Positions 57,465 through 64,000 of a DNA stretch of 64,000 nucleotides are shown one piece after another. Source of the DNA: Candidatus Iainarchaeum sp. (GTDB taxonomy: Archaea > Iainarchaeota > Iainarchaeia > Iainarchaeales > UBA10219); the NCBI GenBank assembly GCA_018304425.1, contig JAGVWE010000006.1, positions 3,175 through 67,174 of the forward strand. Reading direction: 5' to 3'. The number at the start of each line of letters is the position of its first letter. Position 1 is the first letter of the stretch. The notes below the pieces were generated by a model. That model was not told the DNA's origin. It did no database searches and saw only the letters and a program-made list of their open reading frames with translations. The position numbers were made by a program, and so were the translations under genes.

Positions 57465-57485
57465 AAAACCCTTTAAAAGGCTTTT
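57465..57485. promoter_or_regulatory. near-palindromic bidirectional TATA element
   Basis: AAAACCCTTTAAAAGGCTTTT (18/21 self-complementary), centred 26 nt and 27-30 nt from the divergent start codons. Confidence 0.6.
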
Positions 57486-57504
57486 TAGGCAAGGGAATGG
57501 AGTG

Positions 57505-57915
57505 ATGGAGGAAAAAGAATTCGAGCAATTCGTGGCCAACCTGGTCATTGCCCTCGCTTTGCTTGCCATCGTGGGGTTGGTGGCCACGGCCAAGCCCAAG
57601 ACCACGCCAGACTATTACTCGGCGCTTTACCTGGTGCCCGGCAGCTATGAAAACACGGCCGCCAACGGCTTGACTGGCTTCACCTACGCGATTGAAAACC
57701 ATGAAGCCGGAGACCAAGAGTATGCCGTGGCCCTGGGCGTGGACGGAAGAGTCGTCGAAACCCGGAAAGTGAGGGCAGCCAAGGAAGGAAAAGTCGAAGA
57801 ACGCGTGGAGCTTCCAATCCCCCAGGCAGGCTATTCGAAGCCGGCGAAAGTCACGATAACGACTGCTGCGGCAGGCAGGCAATACGAGGTATACTATTGG
57901 CTGCTGCCCCCGTGA
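57505..57915 (+). CDS. DUF1616-like membrane-anchored protein
   Basis: One TM helix, YSALYL, IENHE...Y, terminal YEVYYW. Matches the archaeal DUF1616 C-domain pattern. Confidence 0.7.
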   Translation: MEEKEFEQFVANLVIALALLAIVGLVATAKPKTTPDYYSALYLVPGSYENTAANGLTGFTYAIENHEAGDQEYAVALGVDGRVVETRKVRAAKEGKVEERVELPIPQAGYSKPAKVTITTAAAGRQYEVYYWLLPP

Positions 57916-57937
57916 AAAAACTTAAGAGGCGAACGAC

Positions 57938-58708
57938 ATGGATTTCCTGCAAACCATCAACCAAGCCGTTTTCGGCCGGACCTTTTTGCCGCACTCGCTG
58001 GCGCGGGCCCGGAAACTCAACGACTTCCTGCGCGGCGAGCGGGGCCTGTTCCTCGACTTTGGTTCGGCGGACTGCAAGGTCGAGACCTTCATCGACAACC
58101 CGGACATTACATTCATCGCCTTCGACTTCGAAGAAAGAGAGGTGGCCAGGGCGCGGAAGCGGAACGCCAACGCGCTCCTCGCCGACGGCCGCAGGCTCCC
58201 CTTCAAAGACCAGGCCTTCGACGGCTGCGTCGCGGCAGAAGTCCTCGAACACATCGACCGGGACCTCGACGCGGCCAAAGAAATCCACCGCGTCCTCAAA
58301 CCCGGTGCCAAACTCTTCACCCTCGTACCCAACGGAGCGGCCCGAAAAAAATGGGGCCCCAAAGCCGACGCCTACTACTACATCCCCTCCATCCCCCACG
58401 GCGGCTCGCACGTCCGCGAAGGCTATACCCCCGAGACCCTGAACCGGTTGCTCACCCAAGCCGGCTTCCAAACCCGGCAAAGCGGGTACAGCGGAAAGGG
58501 CCTCATCGCCTGGCTCGGCCTCACCTACTACAACTTCCGCTTCCGAGAAGAAACCCGGAAATCCCTGGCCTGGAAGCTCTTGCGAATGACCCTCGTCCGG
58601 TTGATGCTCTTCCTGTCCCTCCTCGGCCTCGTGCCAGGACTGGACGCCCAATTCCAGGGCGAAGGCATGGACGTCTACGGGGTTCACCAAAAGCCAAACA
58701 ACAATTAA
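57938..58708 (+). CDS. class I SAM-dependent methyltransferase
   Basis: LDFGS, LPFKDQAFD, EVLEHI, EIHRVLKPG, HVREGY. Confidence 0.9.
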   Translation: MDFLQTINQAVFGRTFLPHSLARARKLNDFLRGERGLFLDFGSADCKVETFIDNPDITFIAFDFEEREVARARKRNANALLADGRRLPFKDQAFDGCVAAEVLEHIDRDLDAAKEIHRVLKPGAKLFTLVPNGAARKKWGPKADAYYYIPSIPHGGSHVREGYTPETLNRLLTQAGFQTRQSGYSGKGLIAWLGLTYYNFRFREETRKSLAWKLLRMTLVRLMLFLSLLGLVPGLDAQFQGEGMDVYGVHQKPNNN

Positions 58709-58763
58709 TTATCGTTTTTGAAAATCCCCCCATAGCCCTATTTTCGTTTACGATAATTAATTG
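58702..58763. repeat. 14-bp perfect inverted repeat (operator or hairpin)
   Basis: CAATTAATTATCGT (58702-58715) and ACGATAATTAATTG (58750-58763). Inner GAAAAT/ATTTTC also pair. Confidence 0.75.
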
Positions 58764-58832
58764 CGGATTCCAAAGCAAAAAGTATAACTCAATTAATAGG
58801 TTTAAATAGATTATTGATTTTATTATACTTTT

Positions 58833-59177
58833 ATGGTTAGTGTGACCCAGGCCGGGCTGTTACAGCGGTTGTTGGCAGGCGACCGAACAACGGAGAAACG
58901 GGTAGCCAGGGAATTGGGGCTGACCCAGGGCACGGTTTCCCAGGCCCTGAAAGGGCTTAAAAAGCAGGGATTCCTCAAAGACAACCAGGCATGGGCCGGC
59001 ACCCCCCACGCGCTGGCCCTCAAAAACTGTTTGGCGAAAAACCGGGTCGGGCTCCCGAAAAACCGGGAAATCGAGGGCGGGCTGGCAGGCAAGGAAGTCG
59101 AAGACTGGCCAAGACTGCAGGACTTGACCAACATGGCTGAAACCAATGACGTGAAACTGCCTCGGGCAGGAAAGTGA
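58833..59177 (+). CDS. HTH regulator/antitoxin-like protein, possibly internally deleted
   Basis: TEKRVARELGLTQGTVSQALKGLKKQGFL HTH. TTTAAATA box about 30 nt upstream. Confidence 0.7.
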   Translation: MVSVTQAGLLQRLLAGDRTTEKRVARELGLTQGTVSQALKGLKKQGFLKDNQAWAGTPHALALKNCLAKNRVGLPKNREIEGGLAGKEVEDWPRLQDLTNMAETNDVKLPRAGK

Positions 59178-59181
59178 AACC

Positions 59182-59337
59182 GTGTTCCAAAACTTCACGG
59201 CAGAACAACTCCGGGAAATCGTCGAGGAAATCGCCCGGGTCCTGGAAACGTGTTTGACGGTGTACGCGTTTGGCGGCGCCGTCATGGTCTTCGACGCCCT
59301 CAAAAACGGCTCAAAACCGCAAAAAAGACGCCGTTAA
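59182..59337 (+). pseudogene. truncated DUF6036-like nucleotidyltransferase
   Basis: VFQNFTAEQLREIVEEIARVLETCLTVYAFGGAVMVFDALK, then the frame breaks before the expected TxDxD motif. Confidence 0.6.
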
Positions 59338-59395
59338 AACCAGGATTGCACCAAAAGGTTTAATGGGGCCCACACACTAAAAGGATGGGATTGAC

Positions 59396-60343
59396 ATGGT
59401 TTCCATCGGCGTAATCGGAATGGGCAAATGGGGGTACAACCACGTGAACACCCTGGCAAACCTGGGCCACAAACCAGCCGCCATCGCAGACCCCGCGCCC
59501 CACGCCCAAGCCAAGGCAGCGTCGCTGAACGTTGAACACTTCTCCGACTACCGGAAAATGCTGCCAACCGTGGAAGCCGTGGTCATCGCCGCGCCCACCA
59601 ACCTCCACTACCGGATTGCCTTGGACTGTTTGCAGGCAGGCAAGCACGTGCTCGTCGAAAAACCCATCGCGGAAACGGTTGTGGAGGGAAAGAAACTGCA
59701 GGCCCTGGCCGCGAAGAAAAAACGGGTGCTGGCGGTAGGCCAATTATTCCGCTTCAACCCCGCGCTCGCCGAATTGAAGCGGCAGCTGAAGGAAGCCGGC
59801 CGGCCTCACTACCTCACGGCGCGGTTCATCCACTCCAGCAACCCCCCGCGCACGGACAGCGGCGCGATAGACAATTTTGGCACGCACGCCTTTGACTGGC
59901 TCAACTATTTGCTGGACGCGAAGCCCAAAAAGGTTTTCGCGTTGAAGCACCACTTCCTGTCCCGGGAACGCGAGGACGCGGCCGTGTGCCTCCTCGACTA
60001 CGGCAAGTTCTTCGCCTCCGTGGAACTGGGCTGGCTGCATCCCCTCAAGCGACGGGATGTCTGGCTGATTGCGGAGAAAAACAAGGTGCACGCGGACCTG
60101 CTGGAACAACGGGTTGAGGTAACGCCGATAATGGTGGGCTATGAAGGCAACCAGGTGGGCGCGAAAACCGAGGCCCGCGTGCAAAAAACGGAGCCCCTGG
60201 AAGCAGAGTTAATCCACTTCCTGGACTGCATCGAGACCGGAAAGCGGCCGCTCAACGACGCGCAGGCCGGCCTGGACGCCCTCGAGGTATGCCTTGCCTG
60301 CCACAGGGCCGCGGAAACCGGGAAGCCGGTAGACTTAAAATAA
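59396..60343 (+). CDS. Gfo/Idh/MocA oxidoreductase (WbpB/WlbA-like sugar dehydrogenase)
   Basis: GVIGMGKWG, KHVLVEKP, RFNP, NFGTHAFD, EPL..EL.HF. Confidence 0.9.
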   Translation: MVSIGVIGMGKWGYNHVNTLANLGHKPAAIADPAPHAQAKAASLNVEHFSDYRKMLPTVEAVVIAAPTNLHYRIALDCLQAGKHVLVEKPIAETVVEGKKLQALAAKKKRVLAVGQLFRFNPALAELKRQLKEAGRPHYLTARFIHSSNPPRTDSGAIDNFGTHAFDWLNYLLDAKPKKVFALKHHFLSREREDAAVCLLDYGKFFASVELGWLHPLKRRDVWLIAEKNKVHADLLEQRVEVTPIMVGYEGNQVGAKTEARVQKTEPLEAELIHFLDCIETGKRPLNDAQAGLDALEVCLACHRAAETGKPVDLK

Positions 60344-60364
60344 GTGCCAACGAGGTGTAATGCC

Positions 60365-61450
60365 ATGCAAGTGCCATCCGGTAGACCCGCCATGACGCCT
60401 GAAATGATTGAGGCCGCGGTGCAGGTCCTGAAGAGCGGCCGTTACGTCAAGGGCCCCAAGAACGAGGAATTCGAGCAAGGCTTTGCCGCCTACTGCGGGG
60501 CCAGCCGGGGAATCTCCGTCAGCAACGGCACGATAGCCCTTTACCTGGCCCTCCAGGCCCTGGACGTGAAAAAAGGCGACGAAGTGCTGGTGCCAGCCAA
60601 CACCTTCATTGCCACGGCCGAGCCCATCAAGCTGTTGGGCGCCAAACCCGTCTTCGTGGACTGCAACGAGGCCTACCTGATTGACTTGAAGGACGCCGAG
60701 AAAAAGGTGACGAAAAAGACGAAGGGCCTCATCCCCGTGCACTTGTACGGGCAGCCCTGCGACATGAAGGAAGTGAGCGACTTCAAGAAACGCCACGGCT
60801 GCTGGGTGCTGGAGGACTGCGCGCAAGCCCATGGCGCGGAATACGGCGGGCGACGCGTGGGCTCGTTCGGGGAAATGGCTTGCTTCTCGTTTTTCCCCTC
60901 CAAGAACATGACGGTGGCAGGCGACGGCGGCATGGTGCTGAGCAGCGACGAAGGGCTGGCGAAGACCGTGGAAATGCTGCGCGACCACGGAAGGGACTTC
61001 CACGCGCCCAATGGGGCCAACGTGCACCCCCTGCTGTCCCTCAACTACCGCTTGTCCGAAGTGCTGGCCGCCATCGGCAACGAGCAACTCAAGCTGCTGC
61101 CTGAATTCGTGAAGGCCCGGCAACGGATTGCCAGACGCTATGACAAGGAGCTGAGGAACGACGTGGTGAAGCCCGTGGTGCTGCCGAACCGCTCCCACGC
61201 CTACCACTTGTACGTCCTCCGCACCAGGAAGAGGGACGAGTTGATGGCCTGGCTCAAGAAAGAAGGCGTTGCCACCGGCATCCACTACCCCATACCCGTG
61301 CACAAGCAGCCGTCCATGGACTGCCAAGGACAACGCGTGCCCAACGTCGAAAAATACGCGGACGAAATCCTGTCCATCCCCATGTACCCCTCGCTGACCG
61401 AAGAAGAACAGGGCTTCGTCGTCGAGAAAATCAACGCCTTCAGGTTTTGA
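60365..61450 (+). CDS. DegT/DnrJ/EryC1/StrS aminotransferase (WbpE-like)
   Basis: SNGT.AL, VHLYGQ, EDCAQAHGA, FSFFPSKNM (PLP lysine), GDGGM, GIHYP. Confidence 0.94.
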   Translation: MQVPSGRPAMTPEMIEAAVQVLKSGRYVKGPKNEEFEQGFAAYCGASRGISVSNGTIALYLALQALDVKKGDEVLVPANTFIATAEPIKLLGAKPVFVDCNEAYLIDLKDAEKKVTKKTKGLIPVHLYGQPCDMKEVSDFKKRHGCWVLEDCAQAHGAEYGGRRVGSFGEMACFSFFPSKNMTVAGDGGMVLSSDEGLAKTVEMLRDHGRDFHAPNGANVHPLLSLNYRLSEVLAAIGNEQLKLLPEFVKARQRIARRYDKELRNDVVKPVVLPNRSHAYHLYVLRTRKRDELMAWLKKEGVATGIHYPIPVHKQPSMDCQGQRVPNVEKYADEILSIPMYPSLTEEEQGFVVEKINAFRF

Positions 61451-61467
61451 ACGGAAAAGGAACCCCC

Positions 61468-62097
61468 ATGGCTGCTGCCGGAAAAGCCGAGTACTTTCAG
61501 CGGGAACTGTCCTTCGAAGAAAAATTCTTCCACCCCGGCCCGGCCGGGAAAAGCCTGGAAGCCGGCTGCGGCAACGGGGTCTTCCAGCAGCGGCTGGGCC
61601 TGGACTCCTATGGCCTTGACTTGGACCTGGGCTACCTCCAGGCAAACCCCTGCAGGCACCTGGTGTGCGCGTACATGGAGCGCATGCCATTCAAGGACGC
61701 CTGCTTCGACCACGCGTACGCCATCACCTCCCTGCAGTACACGGACTTCGGGAAGGCCTTCGCGGAACTCCTGCGCGTGACCCGAAAGGGGGGCCGCATC
61801 GGCTTCACGCTGCCCAACGCCTTCTCGCTGGCCGGCCTGCACCGCGCCCTCCTCCTGCTGCTGAACCACTACCGCTTCCAAGGCAAACCACTGCCAAGGC
61901 CGAAAATGGAGGCAACGCCGTGGCTGACCGCCCGGGTCCTCGGCGATGCCCGGGTGAAAGCCGTGAAGGCCAGCGGCTCGGAAGTGGCGTTCTATCCCTG
62001 GGGAAAGGGACACTGGCCTTGGCTGGAGGCCCGGCTGCCCTGCTTCCTTAAAGTATTGTTCGGCCGGGAAGTATTCTATTTACTGGAGAAAAGGTAG
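61468..62097 (+). CDS. class I SAM-dependent methyltransferase
   Basis: LEAGCGNG, MPFKDACFD, ELLRVTRKGG, LPN. Confidence 0.88.
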   Translation: MAAAGKAEYFQRELSFEEKFFHPGPAGKSLEAGCGNGVFQQRLGLDSYGLDLDLGYLQANPCRHLVCAYMERMPFKDACFDHAYAITSLQYTDFGKAFAELLRVTRKGGRIGFTLPNAFSLAGLHRALLLLLNHYRFQGKPLPRPKMEATPWLTARVLGDARVKAVKASGSEVAFYPWGKGHWPWLEARLPCFLKVLFGREVFYLLEKR

Positions 62098-62106
62098 GGG
62101 CCAAAG

Positions 62107-63279
62107 ATGCGAGTCTGCATTGTCTCCAAGACCTCGAAAGTTGACCGCCTGACACCCGTCAGCAACTACAAGTACGTGGGCGGCGGCGGCATTTCCACGC
62201 ACACCCTGGCCTTGGCCCTCGAAGGACTGGGCCACGAAGTCCTGATTGCCGGGCACCCCGACGAAATCGGGAAAGGATTTGACGTGGTCCTGCACCAGAA
62301 CACCAAGCTGTTGCCGGAGACCCAGCGGAAGGCCGAGGAGCTGGGCCTGCCCTTCGCCGTGACCGTGAACGGCATGATTTCCTGCCCCAAGGCCACGCAC
62401 GTGAAAAGCCGGGACTACTTCGGCTACGAATGCCGGAAGTGCTCGTTGCCCGGCCTCCTGCACTGCTTTGCCACGGACAAGGACATGGGTTACAGCTGGT
62501 TCAGGGCGGATGAAAACAACCGCGCGGCCCTGTTGTTGACGGCCCTGCCAAGGTACCAGTTGCTGCGCGCGCGGATGCAGGCGTTGGCGAAAGCCGGCCA
62601 GGTAATCCCCATCGACCAAATCCTGCGCTCGACGCTCGTCGAGGCAGGAGTGCCGGCGGAAAGGATTGAGGTCTGCCCGCAGCCGGTCAGCGAGGACTTC
62701 TTGCGGGATTCCGGGGAACGGGTGTTCGCGGAAAAGACCTTCGTGTTTTCGGGGGGCACGCAGTGGATCAAGGGCTTCGAGGCCAGTGTGTGGGCCGTTG
62801 AACGGGTGCCAAAAGCCCGGCTCGCCGTGTTGGGCCACCAGGTGCCGGAAAGGGTGCAGTGGGCGAAGAAGGTGCTGGGTAATCGCGTCACGTTCCCGGG
62901 CAACATCGACAACCGGGAAATCGGCAAGTATTTTTACTCGGCGTATGGCGCCCTTTTCTCAAGCGTCTGGTTCGAGGGCTATGCCCGCGCGTTCTCCGAG
63001 CCCATGATGTGCGGGACCCCGGTCATTGCCTTTCCCGACCGGGGAGGCGGCGATTACATGGAGCACGAGCGAACCGCGTTGGTGGCGCGCGAGCGCTCGG
63101 TGGAGGCGTACGCCGAGCAAATCAAGCGATTGGTGGAAGACGAGGGGCTGCGGAACCGGCTGGGCAGGAACGCGCGGGAATACGCGGTGGAAAACTTTTC
63201 CGCGGACAAGGTGGCCGGGCGGTACGAGAAGATGCTGAAAGCCGTTGCCAGGCAGGGGAGCGGGAAAAAATGTCGTTGA
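62107..63279 (+). CDS. GT4 glycosyltransferase with a Cys-rich insert
   Basis: GGGG, CPK...CRKC...C insert, IKG, WFEGYARAFSEPMMCGTP. Confidence 0.88.
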   Translation: MRVCIVSKTSKVDRLTPVSNYKYVGGGGISTHTLALALEGLGHEVLIAGHPDEIGKGFDVVLHQNTKLLPETQRKAEELGLPFAVTVNGMISCPKATHVKSRDYFGYECRKCSLPGLLHCFATDKDMGYSWFRADENNRAALLLTALPRYQLLRARMQALAKAGQVIPIDQILRSTLVEAGVPAERIEVCPQPVSEDFLRDSGERVFAEKTFVFSGGTQWIKGFEASVWAVERVPKARLAVLGHQVPERVQWAKKVLGNRVTFPGNIDNREIGKYFYSAYGALFSSVWFEGYARAFSEPMMCGTPVIAFPDRGGGDYMEHERTALVARERSVEAYAEQIKRLVEDEGLRNRLGRNAREYAVENFSADKVAGRYEKMLKAVARQGSGKKCR

Positions 63280-64000
63280 AGCTCATGGTTTACCGGAGAC
63301 TGTGTTCCATAATTTATTACAGCGGGTTGCTTTCGGTGTTCAAGGCGTTGAACCGGAGGAAGGTGCGCGTGCTGACCTATCACCGCATCGACGAAGTGGA
63401 CGCGGACTTCGTGGCAAGAAACATCTTGAACATCGCGGTGCCAAGGCCCTTGTTCGAACGGCAACTGGATTATTTGAGGAAACGCTATGACGTGATTCCG
63501 ATGGCGCGGTTCGTGGCGGCCCTGGAGGGGAAGGCCGCGTGGCCGGAAAACGCCGTGGTGCTCACCCTGGACGATGGCACGAAAGACAATTACCGGAACG
63601 CGTTTCCCGCGCTGAAGGAAAGGGGGTTGCCGGCCACCTTCTTTGTGGTCACGAATGCCGCGGGCGGGGAACTGCCGGACTACTACACGTATTATTTCGT
63701 GTTCGACCGGCTGGGGGCGGAAAAAATGTTGGCGGCCTTGAACCAGGCCCTGGGCAAAGAACACAGGGAAATGTTTGAGGCCAGGCTCGAGTTCCTGTCC
63801 CTGGGAAAGGCGCGGCGGCAGGAAATCCTGGCCGGCCTTTGCCGCGAGCACGGCTTAAAGCTGCCGGGAGGCTTGTGTGGCAAGCATTTCATGGACTGGA
63901 ACGAGCTCTCCGTGCTACATAAGAGCGGCTTGGATGTGGAGCCCCACTCCGCCTCGCATGCCTTGCTCAGCCGCGTGCCCGCCGAAGAGGCGCGAACCGA
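63270..64000 (+). CDS. polysaccharide deacetylase (NodB family), runs off the window
   Basis: ATG 63270 with no stop before the window end. VLTYHRI, FERQLDYL, LTLDDG, ATFFV, MDW.EL, HSASH. Absent from the ORF track. Confidence 0.9.
   Translation, partial: MSLKLMVYRRLCSIIYYSGLLSVFKALNRRKVRVLTYHRIDEVDADFVARNILNIAVPRPLFERQLDYLRKRYDVIPMARFVAALEGKAAWPENAVVLTLDDGTKDNYRNAFPALKERGLPATFFVVTNAAGGELPDYYTYYFVFDRLGAEKMLAALNQALGKEHREMFEARLEFLSLGKARRQEILAGLCREHGLKLPGGLCGKHFMDWNELSVLHKSGLDVEPHSASHALLSRVPAEEART

Noticed and set aside
63054-63892. ORF-track calls at the window end (63054..63851 -, 63245..63490 +, 63539..63778 +, 63692..63892 -)
   Set aside because: They are explained by the open-ended deacetylase gene starting at 63270.
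1-64000. CRISPR array, rRNA/tRNA, IS element, integrase or reverse transcriptase/DGR
   Set aside because: No periodic repeats or such genes were seen. The 9472/19621 repeat pair differs mainly at synonymous sites rather than at adenines, so it is not a DGR TR/VR pair.

Overview
A 64-kb archaeal cell-surface glycosylation super-locus. The archaeal call rests on TTTAAA/TTTTATT TATA boxes about 25-30 nt before start codons, AGGTG ribosome-binding sites, a DUF1616-like gene, PIN/AbrB modules and DPANN-style surface proteins. A DPANN lineage such as Diapherotrites or Micrarchaeota is plausible, but there is no marker gene to confirm it. The window holds about 65 genes: nucleotide-sugar enzymes (rfbB, rfbA, galE-like, wecB, a Gfo/Idh/MocA plus DegT pair), 9 GT4 and 5 GT2 glycosyltransferases, 6 GT-C-type membrane proteins, a Wzx flippase, 8 class I methyltransferase-like proteins, an AsnB-like amidotransferase, SGNH and NodB proteins, two radical SAM enzymes (one HpnJ-like with a B12-binding domain), fhs, pdxST and two large surface proteins. 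Five toxin-antitoxin-like modules are interspersed, three of them apparently damaged. The most notable observations are: (1) a surface protein with roughly 5-fold enrichment of D-x-N tripeptides, a possible non-canonical modification sequon; (2) three paralogous Cys-rich membrane-anchored proteins, each next to a GT-C gene; (3) a 10-kb cassette bounded by a duplicated GT4 3' end and carrying a radical SAM/nucleotidyltransferase/twin-methyltransferase operon; (4) palindromic operators at regulator promoters and candidate ATA/ATC start codons. No rRNA, tRNA, CRISPR array, integrase or transposase was recognised. All calls come from motif reading by eye; no database search was run.
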